NCBI RefSeq assembly: GCF_011745625.1
Contig: NW_027191452.1
Location: 186,001-250,000, forward strand
Source: Cladosporium halotolerans
Lineage: Eukaryota
Reading direction: 5' to 3'
Length of the DNA: 64,000 bases
Every line of letters starts with the position of its first letter. Within the stretch, counting starts at the first letter, position 1. The position numbers and the translations under genes were made by a program. Shown here in pieces: positions 33,628 through 46,825 of this stretch. The notes under the pieces are model-generated. The model ran no database searches. It saw only the letters and a program-made list of their open reading frames with translations, and was not told where the DNA came from.

Positions 33628-35178
33628 CTAATTGATCCCCAGTATCTTCTTCAGACTACTCGAGCCCTCCTCAGCATCGGAGCCTTCCAAAGTCCTCCTC
33701 CCTTCACTCCCACTCCCGACGCGATCCTGGTGCGACCACGATGTCTTGCCGTCCTTCGACTTCCCTTGGCCAACCCAGCTAGTATGCTGGCTGCGCACGA
33801 AAGTATCGACGATGACTTCAGTCTCGTCCTCGGGAGCGTCCGACGGAAAGTTGGCAGCGTACAATGCTTCGCGAGATTGACGGGGCGGCGGGTATCTCTC
33901 GCACGTGTGCTTTTCCACCGCTGCAACCGCGACTTTCCCGCCGCAGTTCGAGCACCTGACGGCTTGGACAACAGCGCTCTTGTACGGTTGCTCCGGCGCA
34001 GGGGCTGACGGGGCTTCCTGATTCACGCTCGGCCGCTTGCTGATGCGCAAGGGCGCCGGACTCATTCGCGTCGAACTTTCTTGGGAATCTGGGACGGGGT
34101 TAGTTCTGGGTATTCCGGTGGATGCTCCGGCCGACTGCTTGGACTTTCTCACCTGCTGCTTAGCCTCGGCCTCCTTGACCCAGGTCTCGTCCATTCCGGC
34201 ATCGATGATCTGTCCCCAGGTGGTAACAGCGTCAGAAGCAGTGCTGATGACTCTGCGAGGGTTCGGGGCCGGCGCTGGAGCAGTCGACTTAGGCTGTGGC
34301 TTGGGCACTGGCTTCCTGGGGATCTTATGCGTCGGGGAAGTGGGAGTTTCTGGGGTTCTCGGCGAAGCCGGAGACTCCTTCTTCGCCTTCCTGACATCTT
34401 TCGCCAGAGCAGAGGCTCTGCTAGCGACGGCGAGAGCCTGCGTCGTAGCGAGAGTGTGGTCAGCCTGCCCATATTTCCTGACATTCGCCTGAGCGACTTC
34501 GAGACCGACGAGGTCCAGGGGCTCCGGGTCGTCGTTGGGCGTCATACCGCTCCTCCTGAACGAGCCAGGAATCGGGCTGGAGATCTTCGGGCCTGGAGCC
34601 TCATCCGGGACCTTCGTAGACGACATCGCGTGCTTGGCCGTAGACGCGGCCCGGATAATGCTGTCGAAGCCTTTGCTCAAGGAGCCGCTGTACTTCCTCT
34701 TGTTGCCCGTTTCAGGAGCCCAGGAGACATGCTGGGGCTTCCCGTTGTTGAAAATGCTGCCCGGAGAGAGCGGCCTCGGGGGCAGCGACTCATCTTCGAC
34801 GTTGTGGCTCTTCTGGGGCGTATGCTTGACCGGATTGTGAGTCTCCTTTGGGCTCTTCGAGCTAGATGGAGAAGACGAGTATCGATTGCCTTCGACGGGC
34901 TTGTGCTTGATCGGATTGTGAGTCGAACTCGGGGCCTTTGTGCTCGTCGGCGAAGGCAGGTACGGGTTGCCTTCGACGGGCTTGTAGACGAAGCCAGGAC
35001 TGGGGATCCCGGTCGTCGGTACAGGCTTGCGTGGGATCTTCTTCTCTGTAGAGGGTGTGTATGGAGTAGAAGGGGGCTGGTACTCTTCTTCAGTGCCAGC
35101 CCAGTAGGGCCTCTTCGTCTTCGTCGACTGCTGCGGCGTTGACGGAGGGGTCTCCTGGATGCTGCCCCTCCTCGCCAT
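33628..35178 (-). CDS. Pro/Ser/Lys-rich disordered protein with a CxxC...HxC zinc-knuckle-like motif
   Basis: Open frame of about 516 aa from ATG 35178, containing CSNCGGKVAVAAVEKHTC and internal repeats KPVEGN(P/R)Y, HNP(I/V)KH and KIPRKPVP. Confidence 0.7.
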   Translation of the reverse strand: MARRGSIQETPPSTPQQSTKTKRPYWAGTEEEYQPPSTPYTPSTEKKIPRKPVPTTGIPSPGFVYKPVEGNPYLPSPTSTKAPSSTHNPIKHKPVEGNRYSSSPSSSKSPKETHNPVKHTPQKSHNVEDESLPPRPLSPGSIFNNGKPQHVSWAPETGNKRKYSGSLSKGFDSIIRAASTAKHAMSSTKVPDEAPGPKISSPIPGSFRRSGMTPNDDPEPLDLVGLEVAQANVRKYGQADHTLATTQALAVASRASALAKDVRKAKKESPASPRTPETPTSPTHKIPRKPVPKPQPKSTAPAPAPNPRRVISTASDAVTTWGQIIDAGMDETWVKEAEAKQQVRKSKQSAGASTGIPRTNPVPDSQESSTRMSPAPLRISKRPSVNQEAPSAPAPEQPYKSAVVQAVRCSNCGGKVAVAAVEKHTCERYPPPRQSREALYAANFPSDAPEDETEVIVDTFVRSQHTSWVGQGKSKDGKTSWSHQDRVGSGSEGRRTLEGSDAEEGSSSLKKILGIN

Positions 35179-36116
35179 GTTGGCTTTGCCGTGGCCAGAC
35201 AAGTTGTTGATTCTGGTTCTGCTTTCTTCTTGTCAAAACAGGTAAATGATACCGGTATCTCTTTGTGTCTCGACGGCAAAATAGATTCGGTGTTGGAAGT
35301 GTTACTCGAGAGCCGAAGGCCGGCACCTTGCGGCGACGAGGCTCAGTTTTAGGCTCCATGGTGAAATGGTAGAACACAATGCGGGTGTCCTTTCACATAA
35401 CACAGTGCTATTGTGTGGAGTTGCCGGGCAGTGAAAGAAAGGTCGGCCGGGGCTCTTTGTGAGTCCCGAGTTTCTTTGTTTTGAAGTGCTGTGTTGCGGT
35501 TTTTCGATATCTGCCGTTGCGTGACTCTCGTCAAAGGTAACTGCTGGTGGTGCAGAAGTAGACAGGAATAGGGGCTCCAGGGGTGTGCGTGTCGTGAAGT
35601 CAAGGCCGATGCTGCTGTGAAGTCCATGTCTTCTCGTCCGTACCTTTCCCCAGTCAAGAGTATAGCATAGTCTATCATGGTTTTGAGTGACTACCCCTCG
35701 AGTGCTCTATGTTTGATTCATTGCCTCCAAGTCGTTGCTTCGGTGTGCATCAAAAAGTGTTCGAGCTGCTGTACCAACAGACTCACGACCCAAGGTATCG
35801 CCAGCATTCATACGGCCAACGTCAACGATCGTCGCCCGCCAGATACAACCTTAAAACAATCAAAAGTGCATATCAGCACTAGGTGTCAAGTATGACCATT
35901 GACATAATGATGAAAGGGGCGGGTGATGTACCCCAACCCTAACCCTACCTACCCCATTTCGGAGTCGTTTTCTTCTAGGTTCATGATGTCCACACAACAA
36001 AGAACAGAACGAGTTGCCGAAAAATGATAATATGTGTCCATAATACATGTATCTCACAGACGCCTCCACCAGTAGAGCCGCATTCTTCCATAATACAAAG
36101 TGACTTAGTTCACACC

Positions 36117-38207
36117 TCATAGTTCCAACGCACCCAACGACGAACCACTTACGCTCCAAACCCCCTCCAAACCAGACGAGCAATTACACGAGCCCATCAG
36201 CTCACCGTCCTTATCTCCCTTGCCCGCCGCCAAAATACCAAAACGCAGAATGACTTCCGTGGACGTCACCAGAATGCTGATGATGATCAGCACGATGATG
36301 ATCCACGTGATGCGGGTCATCTTGACGTCCGCAATTTGGTCTGAGAGGATCTCCGCCAGGTCGAGGAAGACGCGGCAGCGCTCGTTGAGGACCTGGATGC
36401 GCGGCTTGATCTCTAGGTACTCGCGCACGCCCTGGTAAAGAGGGTGGAGGGTAGGCTCGGAGTCCCAGAAGAACTTGGGAGTGTCGAGCATGTTGCTTGC
36501 TGTGAAGGACATATTGTTAGCGCTGCGGTTAGGAGTACGTGGTAGAATGGGAAACTTACAAAGATTTACATCAACACGGCCTTCAAACAGGCTGCCGACC
36601 AATGCAACGACCTCTGCTCGGCTCATACCCAAACGCCCTTCCAGAGCCAGCTGTTTGGGCACGTACTGAGCTTCCGCCATGGTTCGCTGCATTCTCTCCT
36701 CGAAGAAGCTGAGTTTCGTGCTCTGTCCGATGGCGTGGCTCATTGCTAGCTTGATCATGTGGTCGCTCGTCCGTAATGTGATCATATCGTTGTAAATGCG
36801 GGCCTTCTCAATCCCCTCGTCGTATTCGAAATGGAATTCCTCCGTTTCGAAGTCGCTCTCATCCAAAGGTCGGGTGAGCAGAGGTACAGCGGCAGCAGCG
36901 GAGAGCTGCATTGAAGCCTTTTGTGAAAGCTGCCTTGAGTGTGAGGGGGTGAGTGTGGGGACGGCGGAAGAGAACGTGAGGTCGGCGAGGAGGTCCTTCT
37001 CCTGATTGGATGTGAAGTTCCAGAAGACAGCAACACCATAACTGAAGATGAAAAGCTCGGCGACCGTATGCGCATCTGGGGATATTGCGTGGCCTGATGA
37101 TGGGAAAGACATTCCTGATGAACCAGTGCTGTGTGTGCTTTCCCGTCTAAGCTCGCCATTTGTCCGATTCTGTTCTGGCGAATCGTGGTTCGTCTCGTGG
37201 AAATGGCTTTCTCGTTGCTCCCGCTCCTCTTCGTCCAGATTCTGCTGATGCGCGGCCTGCTGTTCCTGCATCATTGTGTTGTACGTCTCGTTGCCGACAA
37301 CCGAATACTCGTCGCTCTCATCCCGCCAACCTTCACGGTACTCTCGCCTCTCATTAGCCTCGATCTGTTCGTCCAGTATGCTTCTCCCACCAGGATTCTT
37401 CACAACTGGCGAACTTCGGACTCTATACCCGTCGCTGCCGCCAAGCAAAGGAAGTTGGTAGACACAGTACAGGCAATCATCGTACAGCTTCGTCTTGGCT
37501 CCGTGCTGGTCTTTCACAAATGTCGCCATCGACCTGAGCTTGTAACTTTGCGCCGTGCAGTAAGCCGTAACCCGCGCCAGCTGTGCTTCCGCTGTCCTCT
37601 GACTCTTTGGTAATCGCTCCGCACGGCTCTTGCCAGACTTCCTCGCCCTCCTGATCTTCAGCTCCTCGTCATCTGGCGGCCTAGCGTCCTCCTCGTCATC
37701 CTCGTCTCCGTCCGACTGATCCTCTTCTTCCGTAGTCTCCGGCAGCAAAACCAGTTTCTCGCTGACCTTACTGCTCCTCGTCGGTATGTGCGGAGCGCTG
37801 ACAGGAGTTCCTCTCGGCGTCAACGTCGCATTCTCCGGCAGCCGGCCGCCCAGCTTGGGATTCAAAGGGTGCCGGCCTGAAGGTGTCCGGGTGTGATTCG
37901 AGGGGCGCGCGCCGGGTGGTGCTCGGCGCTGTGCGGACGGAATCTCCGAGGCATACTGTAGGACGTTGTCGACACTGATGATGCGGGTGTTCTGGCGCTG
38001 CGGCGAGGGCCGGTTGGGCGCGCGAGGCTCGTCGCGGGAGTCGGTGACCTATACACAGCCATATTGTCAACCATGAACGGCGGAAAAGACAGGCTGCTCG
38101 TTGTGCAGTGACGGGAACGGTCGGGGTTGAGAGAGTGCAGCGGTGACGTGACTTACGAGTACGGTCGGGCCGCGTTTTGGGCCGCCGCGTGGTGGTGCGA
38201 CTGACAT
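36117..38207 (-). CDS. RMD1/RMD8-family (DUF155) membrane protein, 3 exons
   Basis: Exons 38207-38157, 38048-36560 and 36499-36117. Motifs RVTAYCTA, FIFSYGVAVFWNF, IYNDMITL, SHAIGQSTKL, YLEIKPRIQVLNER and a C-terminal TM helix. Confidence 0.88.
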
Positions 38208-38414
38208 TGTCGCTTTATCGGCGAGAGGCTGAGGAGGTTTATGAACACCTCTCTGGGTGTGGAAGAGGTAGCTGACTTCGTGGTCGGCGCTTGCTGAGTC
38301 TCAATCGTCTCTAGACTTGCAGAAGCCCTTGAAGCTCTAGCGTCAATGCAAGCCCAGTGCACGTGGAGCTCGCTTCCCCGGAGACGTCACCATGCATTTC
38401 AAGACGATGCGCCT

Positions 38415-38490
38415 AGTCCGCAGTAGTGTACATTTCTAGAAGGACCACACAAAGTCCGCAGTAGTGTACATTTCTAGAAGGACCACACAA
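38415..38490. repeat. Perfect 38-bp direct tandem duplication
   Basis: AGTCCGCAGTAGTGTACATTTCTAGAAGGACCACACAA at 38415-38452 and at 38453-38490. Confidence 0.95.
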
Positions 38491-38904
38491 AGGCAATGTT
38501 GGGGCTTTCTGTTGCTTATTCTATGTTTTGAGATGTTTGTACATTTATCTAGGCCTCTATCGCATTTGATTTGAGGCGATTGGATCCAGAGTCAGCGCCA
38601 TGTAGATGCTAGATATGCCACAGACTTCCGGATGCATGGAGGGCAGTTGAGAACAATGAAAACACAAAGGTTCAACGCACGTAAATGATTCTCGGTTGGG
38701 CATATTATCATTACAAAGTATCTTCACAGTGTACTGGTTACAATGTGGCAGGTGTGATCAAAAAGCCGTGTTACAACCACCCGCCAACTGAGGCTCCTCC
38801 CAATTAAGTGTGCTGTTGTTCAAAGAACGATTTGAGGGATCGTGAAAGAACCACGTGCAAGATTTGTTTATTGAAATGTCGCAGCTCCTTTTCGATGACT
38901 CCTC

Positions 38905-39636
38905 TTACAAAGCCGCAACAATGGCGCCAAGTCCCATCACAAGACCGGCGCTGCCAACCCAGGCCTGGGCGGTGCCGGCCGCATTGCTTCCACTGATGGG
39001 AGCACTGGGATTCGCGCTCGCTGTCGCGTTGGAAATGGTGCCATTGCTAGGGCGTCCGCCAGTGGTTGTTCCGTTGGATGCAGCACCGGCAGCGGCGGTG
39101 GTCTGCGCAATGAGTGTGCTGCTCTCCGAAGTGAGCGGGCTGGAGGCAGGGGAAGACGTGATTCCAGCCTCAGATGTAGCGGTAGAGGCCGGAATAGGGC
39201 CAGTGGCAGATCCAAGAGTCGTGTAAAGGTCCCAGCTGGAGATGGCAGTGTCTGACTCTAGCGCGCTCCAGTCGAAGCTGCTGGATGTGGTAACGTCCTC
39301 GGAGCTCGAGTCTGCTGACTCGGCAGTACTTTGCGCAGCGGCAGTTGTCGCAGGAGCTGAGGTTGCGGCGGCCTGGTATCCAGGGAGGAAGCTCGGGGAG
39401 TAAGTCTCTGTACCCGAATACTGTGGGCAGCCAGGTACAGTGGTTTTAGGCGGCGCACGCCCACCGCCGCAGTCCAGGAACTCGCAGAGCTCACCGGTGC
39501 CTGGGACGTACCATGCCAGAGAAGCACCGGCGGGACTGGAGACATCGGTGCTTGTGCAGCCTTCGAGGTCGGTACGAGCTGATGCGTAAATTGCGAAAGT
39601 GGCCGTGGCCAGGATGGTGTTGGTAGATGCACGCAT
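38905..39636 (-). CDS. GPI-anchored Ser/Thr-rich cell-surface protein with a small N-terminal 4-Cys domain
   Basis: Signal peptide, RTDLEGCT...WYVPGTGELCEFLDCGGGRAPPKTTVPGCPQY, an S/T/A-rich stalk, and an omega-site-like NAA followed by a hydrophobic tail. Confidence 0.88.
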   Translation of the reverse strand: MRASTNTILATATFAIYASARTDLEGCTSTDVSSPAGASLAWYVPGTGELCEFLDCGGGRAPPKTTVPGCPQYSGTETYSPSFLPGYQAAATSAPATTAAAQSTAESADSSSEDVTTSSSFDWSALESDTAISSWDLYTTLGSATGPIPASTATSEAGITSSPASSPLTSESSTLIAQTTAAAGAASNGTTTGGRPSNGTISNATASANPSAPISGSNAAGTAQAWVGSAGLVMGLGAIVAAL

Positions 39637-42600
39637 GGTGGGTGTTGGGAACGGCTTTGTTTGAAAGAGATCTTGCAGACGCGGTACGTTTGATTATTGC
39701 CTTGTAGGTCAAATGGATGAGAATGGGCGGCGAATACGGAAGGGAACACCTGCAGAGGAAACTTTATAGTTATGCAGCCCGTCAGGTCTGACTCCAGGCA
39801 CCAGCTAGAGTTCGTAGGATTCAAGGAGTAGTTTCACAACAAGACGGCAGAGTGGTTCAAAATAGCATGGCCAGAACGCCACAGCCGCGTTAGCGCAGGC
39901 GAGTGAGCTGCCGATTTGCCCTGGACTAGGACTCCAGCCGCGGCATCCCCAATCTCCGCATAGCCTCTCCGCCAAATCTGTTTGTGCCGCAAGACAAACA
40001 GTCATCCCGAGAATGCCTCCTGTGCTCAGTGGCGAGTGTTGGGTCCCTTGCCTCCCAACGAGCTCTCGTTGACATGTGCCGGGTTCCGGCTTGCCTTCGG
40101 TCACGCTTCTGGAAGAGGCCAAAGGGCACACACCACCGCGCGAGACAGCGGGACATCGGGATGGATCCAAGATGTGTTCAACATTCGCCAAATGATACTG
40201 CTGTCGACGGTCGGAGAGCAACTTCCACTGCTCACGCGATTGGACGGAGAAGGGGCCGCAAATCGGAAGATACGAAACTCATCAGCCATAAGTTGACGGA
40301 CTGACGAAGACGTTCAATTGCTACGCGTTTCACGCTTCGGGACCCCATAGTAACCGCATAGTGCCATGTCGACAGCCTGAGGTTGAATACCGATACAGCG
40401 ACTCTTGTCGCACCGGAGACAATCTCCACCAATCTTTCGAATGCAAGAACCTGACGCTGCTACCGGTTCTCCAAGAAAGCTATAGGACAAAGGCTCTGCG
40501 AAGAGATAGATCAGGTTTGCAATTCAAAGCCGAAGGAAGCAGCCTAGGTACTGCATTTTGTGGGCAAGGGAAAAGTTTGATATTTCATGGTTAAAGAGTC
40601 TCAGCCCTACGAGCAACTACTGACGTACTATGAAAGCATTTATCCTTGCATATGACGGGTATGTAGAAGTACCTCTGGGCGCTTGGTGGGATGGAAGTTA
40701 CCTGACAGAATCCAGCCAAATAGCCTGTGCTGGCTAATTCTACATGAAAGGAGCTACTGCATCTGCCGATATCCATCAGCGCGCACGGCAATAGCGGTGC
40801 CCTATCTTCGGCGGCATTTTTAGATCTTTGGCTGGCACTTGACCGCATCGAGAATTTGTAAAAGCACAGGCGCGAAGAAGCACCGCGGCGCTGAGGCCAA
40901 TAGAGCCATCAGGCTCTGCGTTCGGCTTGGCTCGACGTGCAACCGCCATTGTTTATTCGAAACTTTGAGGTCGATAAGAATCTGAAATCAAGTGAATCCC
41001 TCCAAATCTCTCAGATTAACCTAGCTAGGAAAAAGAGAACTTGGTAATGTGCTCTTTCTCTCTGGATTATGAAGACGACATGTTTCTCGGAGAGTAGAAC
41101 AAATTGAACTAGAGGCACGTGATATGCCCACAGCGCCCACAAACTTTCTGATGCCAGGTGCCGCCCTGCATGCGATCCCCACACTGAGAAAGGAATGTGG
41201 GGTGGCCTCGTGATGTTCAAAGACGAGCTACGTAGCTATGTACGGTACCTAGGAGTCGGCTTCGAGTCCGAAGGCCGGCAGCTATGGACGCAGACATGCC
41301 TCAGGGGTGGAATGGCCGATCTGCAGTTTCACTATCAACGGCTTCTGTACGGTGAAAGGTGCTTGGGAGATGAAGCGCTACACCTACGTGGAGATTGCTG
41401 ACTGGCTCAAGGGAGATTGCTGTCGCGGAGACGGCACGCTACGAGCAGAGCAGCACACATCCCCTGTCAGCCAACCACGCCTGCGCGATGCGGTCACGTA
41501 TGTACAGTTCCCTGACTGTCAAGCTGGGCGGTCGGGATCCCCAGTCACACATGGTCGAATAACGGCGGACGTTCTTGGGAGAAGATCGCCAGCAAGGGTA
41601 GACTGCTGGCTCACCGTCTGGTGACAAGGCTACAGGTGCCGACGGCAGCGGTGGCAGAAGCGTTTGTTGTAGCGCTGAAGACGCATGACGATGCGGCTGT
41701 CGGCTGGCACGCGGACCATTGCAGACGGTGTGCCACGCTGATACGGCTGCGGAACAGCCTTTGGTAGCGAGTGTGAGCGATTGGAACCCCCTGCCTACGA
41801 GACCGCCTCACCCTATGCACCTGCTCAAATAGGAGTGGTGGAAGTATGCAGAGCGAGCGAGCCGCTGGGCACGGCATGACGGAACCGCAGGCGAGAGGGC
41901 GGGCGGCCGGCGATACTCGCGCGAGTCGCTTCGTACAGGCGCGGCCGCCCACCGCGCTCTCGTGGTGTTCGGCAGGCTGGCGCCCACTGTCGTATAGCGC
42001 GGCCATTAAGTATTGGCTCCAACTCTGCTATCCACATGCCGTGCTTCGGCGCGATTCTATTCATGCAGAGCGTGCGGCTCGGTGCGCAACAGCCGACGAT
42101 CGAGGAGGCGCCATCGCGAGTCGCTCCTGTTGCTGGCACAGCGCTGTACGCGCACGCATGGCGTGGTGGCCGGCGGCTCTTTCGCCTCTGCCTTGCACCT
42201 GTAGGCCCTGCACATATGACCGCGCACGTGAGCGATGAGTTGCCTTTCCGTCTGCCTTGCCACCGCGGTGTCTTTTCTCGCCACCCTCGCTACGCAGGCC
42301 GGGGGAAACACGGCGCGCTCGGGGCTGTCAGACTGCCACCCTTGTCCGCGCATGGATGCCTTAGCCCACCGCCGCTAGCGCCCCAAGTGCCAACCCAACT
42401 CGCGCGTGCAGGCAGACCCTGTGTTCACGCCGGGCCTCTCCACCCGAGAGCCCTCCTGCTAGCATCCGGGATCGAGCGCGTGCAATCTCATCTCCCTGCG
42501 CTCGCCTGCACACCACACCACCACCCTCGCGCCCTCGGATCCCTCGCACCCCCGTCCACCTCACGTCACGCCCACTTCCTCCTGCGACATCGCCGCTGCC

Positions 42601-42808
42601 TCCTCCCTACCCCCCTTTTGGACACACTACCAGTTTATGCGACCCGCGCAGCCAGCGCAACACGTGGCCGGGCAATAGCTCACGGCCACACACAACGACC
42701 CTGGCCAAACGCTCCGCCTCTGCGTGGTCGGGCAGCGCAGTAAACCACGTCGTCAAGCGCAGATGCACCTCTGAAGACCTCACCTCCTCCTTCCTGCGCC
42801 TCCCCGCC

Positions 42809-45800
42809 ATGCCCAACGAGGAGACCTCGGCCGCCGTCGCCAGGATCCTCTCCAACTTTGCAAAAGAGTACTCGCCGCTCAGCGATGGCTCGTTCCCGGC
42901 CTCCGCCATTGCAAATGGCCTCAAAGCCACCAGAATCACGCTGCCCGGAGAGGAGACGGTGGAGAAGAAGACTTTGGAACGAGAGTTGACGAATCTTTCC
43001 GCAAGAATACAAGTGTTAGAAGCGAGAGCGAGCAACGGCACCGGCTCACTTCCAGTGACGCCGAACGAGCCAATCTCGACAGCATTCGGAAGCGACCCTC
43101 CTAATCCGCCGCGCTACCAAGGATTGTCAAATCGTCAGCGGTCGCAGTCCTGGGTTAACAGCCTCCTGGCCAAGAGCAACGATGGAGAGGAGCACCAGCC
43201 TCGACAGCTCACTGAAGAGCAACTCACGTTTTTGAGGGAGCATGTCGAGAGACAAGCAGAAGAGATTAAGAGTCAAAGGGATTTTATCGATGGTATCAAA
43301 TCGCAGTTGAACCACCAGCAAGCTGCCACGAAAGCGGTGCTTGACGGCTACGGCAGCTCGACATCTATCGAACAACTCAAGCGTGAGATCGAGAAGAATG
43401 CACAGATCAACGCAACGTACCAAAAGGTGTTGAAGGAGATCGGAACAATTATCACAGCTGTGGCAAACGGAGATCTCAGCAAAAAGGTGCTCATTCACGC
43501 CATGGAGAAGGATCCCGAAATTGCTAAGTTCAAGCACACGATCAACACCATGGTGGATCAACTGCAAGAATTCGCCGGACAAGTCACTCATCTCGCGAAA
43601 GAGGTCGGTACTGAGGGTCGTCTTGGAGGTCAGGCGATAGTGCCTGGTGTCGATGGCATCTGGGCCGAGCTTACTCGAAACGGTGGGTTTTGAAGTGTGA
43701 TGCACTCTATGCCAGGATAGCTAATACTTCACAGTCAACGTCATGGCCGGAAATCTGACCGATCAAGTTAGAGAAATCGCGGTTGTCACTACCGCGGTCG
43801 CTCAGGGTGACCTGAGTCGCAAGATCGAGCGCCCCGCGCGAGGCGAGATTCTCCAACTCCAACAGACCATCAACACAATGGTGGACCAGCTTCGGACATT
43901 TGCTACCGAGGTCACCCGTGTATCTCGCGATGTCGGCACTGAAGGTGTCCTCGGCGGACAGGCTCAGATCGAAGGCGTTCGAGGAATGTGGAAAGATCTC
44001 ACGGAAAATGTGAACGCAATGGCCAACAACCTCACGGCCCAAGTGCGTGATATTGCCGATGTGACCACAGCTGTTGCCAAGGGTGACCTCACACAAAAAG
44101 TCAAAGCGCAATGCAGAGGTGAGATCTTGGAGCTGAAGAGCACCATAAACGCCATGGTGGACCAATTGCGGCAATTCGCCCAAGAAGTCACCAAGATAGC
44201 GCGTGAAGTCGGTACAGAGGGCCGCTTGGGCGGTCAGGCGACGATTCACGGTGTTGAGGGTACTTGGAAAGATCTCACCGAGAACGTCAACGGCATGGCC
44301 ATGAACCTCACAACTCAGGTCCGCGAGATTGCTGAAGTTACCACAGCCGTCGCGAACGGTGATCTTAGCAAGAAGGTGCAGGCGGAAGTCAAGGGCGAGA
44401 TTTTGGCTTTGAAGATCACCATCAATACCATGGTTGACCGCCTGAGTACGTTCGCATTCGAAGTCAGCAAGGTCGCCAGAGAAGTCGGAACCGAAGGAAC
44501 CCTTGGTGGACAGGCACAAGTCGAGAATGTGGAGGGCAAATGGAAGGATCTCACCGACAATGTCAACACAATGGCCGGAAACCTTACCAACCAGGTGCGC
44601 AGCATTTCGGACGTCACACAAGCCATTGCGCGTGGTGACATGACACGGAGTATCGACGTGCACGCGCAGGGAGAAATTCAGACCCTCAAGGATACAATCA
44701 ACGACATGGTTACTCGACTGGACGCCTGGTCACTCGCTGTCAAGCGCGTTGCCCGCGACGTCGGTGTTGACGGCAAAATGGGCGGTCAAGCCGAAGTTGA
44801 GGGAATCACTGGACGCTGGAAGGAGATCACAGCCGACGTCAACACCATGGCTCAGAACTTGACGTCGCAGGTGCGCGCTTTCGGCGACATTTCAAACGCA
44901 GCCATGAAGGGCAACTTCTCCAAGACCATCACCGTCGAAGCTTCTGGCGAGATGAACGAGCTCAAGAACAAGATCAACAAAATGGTTTCCAGCTTGCGGG
45001 AGTCCATCCAGCGGAACAACCAGCAGCGTGAAGCCGCTGAACTTGCGAACAAGACGAAGTCCGAATTCCTCGCCAACATGTCTCACGAAATTCGAACTCC
45101 AATGAACGGTATCATTGGTATGACCCAGCTCACTTTGGACACCGAGCTCGAGCAAAACCAGAGAGACATGCTCAATATTGTGTTCTCCCTGGCCAACAGT
45201 CTTCTGACGATCATCGATGATATTCTGGACATTTCCAAGATCGAAGCCAACCGCATGATTTTGGAAGAAGAGCCATTCTCCCTGAGAAGCCAAGTCTTCA
45301 ACAGTCTGAAGTCTCTGGCCGTCCGCGCGAACGAGAAGGACATCAGTCTCGTGTATGACGTGGACAGCTCCGTACCCGACTTCATCGTTGGTGACTCGTT
45401 CAGACTAAGGCAGATCATTCTGAACTTGGCAGGCAATGCCATCAAGTTCACTGAGCACGGTGAAGTGCGCGTCAAGATTGGAGCCGACAACAGCGTTGCT
45501 TGCGCAGAAGATGAAGTCGTTGTCAAGTTTGCCGTGTCCGATACGGGTATTGGTATCCACAGCAACAAGCTTGATTTGATTTTCGATACCTTCCAGCAAG
45601 CCGATGGCTCAACGACCCGCAAATTCGGTGGTACTGGTCTTGGACTGTCTATCTCGAGACGACTGGTCACTCTCATGCGAGGAAAGATGTGGGTCGAGTC
45701 TAGCTTCGGCGCTGGCAGCACTTTCTTCTTCACGACAGTTGTTAAAATCGGGCCGACTGACCTCACCCGAATCAAGCCGCAGTTACAGCAATACAGGCAG

Positions 45801-46825
45801 CACCAAGTGTTGTTCATCGACAGTGGTCACACCGGCTGTGTCGATCAGATTGCCGCAGCCATTCGCGAGCTTAATCTGGTGCCAACGGTTGTGAGCAACG
45901 GAACAGCTGGATGGCCGGAGCTTGGCAAGGCTGACGCCTACGACTGCATCATTGTCGATGATGGTGAGACTGCTCAAAGGCTCCGTAACACCGAGCGCTT
46001 TAAGTACATTCCGATCGTCATGCTCGCGCCATCAATTTCGGTCAGTTTCAAGAATGCGCTGGAGAACGGCATTGCTAGCTACATGACTACACCATGCCTT
46101 CCGGTCGACCTCGGAAATGCTCTCATCCCGGCGCTTGAAGGCAGAGCTGCTCCAAGCTCTCTGGACCACTCTAGGTCTTTCGACATCCTTTTGGCGGAGG
46201 ACAACGCCGTCAACCAGAAACTCGCTGTTAAGATACTGACCAAACACAACCACAAAGTCACAGTGGCCAACAATGGTCTGGAAGCCCTGGAGGCCATCAA
46301 GAAGAAGCGTTTCGATGTCGTGCTCATGGATGTTCAAATGCCTATCATGGGCGGTTTCGAAGCCACATCCAAGATCCGAGAGTACGAAGCTTCAAACGCT
46401 CTCTCGCGCTCTCCCATCATTGCGCTCACGGCGCACGCCATGTTGGGAGATCGCGAAAAATGCATTCAGGCACAAATGGACGAGTACTTGAGCAAGCCGC
46501 TGAAGCCAAACCAGCTCATCCAGACACTCCTGAAATGTGCTACGTTAGGCGGTGTGTTGCTTGAAAGAAAAAACGATGGCCGCGGCCGGATTCGAGAAGA
46601 AGGGGCTGATGAAAGCCCAGATGCTAGCAGGGCGCAAACACCTCGCCGACCAGGTCTGGTCGACCGCGGCTTCACCGACGCAGGACCCGTAGGGGCAGCG
46701 TCTCCAAGTCCCGAGACCGCGGATCAGGACGATCCGATCCAGAGGGTGGGTTTCATGAGTGCGCACAAGGACAGATGATTGCTGACACTGAGTAGGAGCT
46801 CTTGATGCGATCCAACAGCAGCTAA
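42809..46825 (+). CDS. NIK1: Group III hybrid histidine kinase (HAMP repeats, HisKA, HATPase, receiver), 3 exons
   Basis: Exons 42809-43682, 43735-46745 and 46796-46825. HAMP repeats, H-box [17 protein letters not shown]1/F/G2 boxes, and receiver motifs LAEDN...DVQMP...KP. Confidence 0.96.
43604..44990 (+). repeat. Coding HAMP-linker repeats of NIK1 with 276-nt (92-aa) period
   Basis: GTCGG(VG) anchors at 43604 (52-nt intron follows), 43932, 44208, 44484 and 44760. Confidence 0.9.

Noticed and set aside
35930..35956. CCCAACCCTAACCCTACCTACCCC telomere-like tract
   Set aside because: Fewer than two full CCCTAA units; too short to call an interstitial telomere.
38415..38490. 38-bp repeat considered as a CRISPR-like repeat or TE end
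   Set aside because: Only two abutting copies with no spacer, inverted termini or transposase, in a eukaryotic context.
43932..43970. Val in NIK1 [12 protein letters not shown], at or near a position linked to dicarboximide resistance in Botrytis
   Set aside because: A conservative residue that is probably natural in this lineage; equivalence cannot be verified without an alignment.
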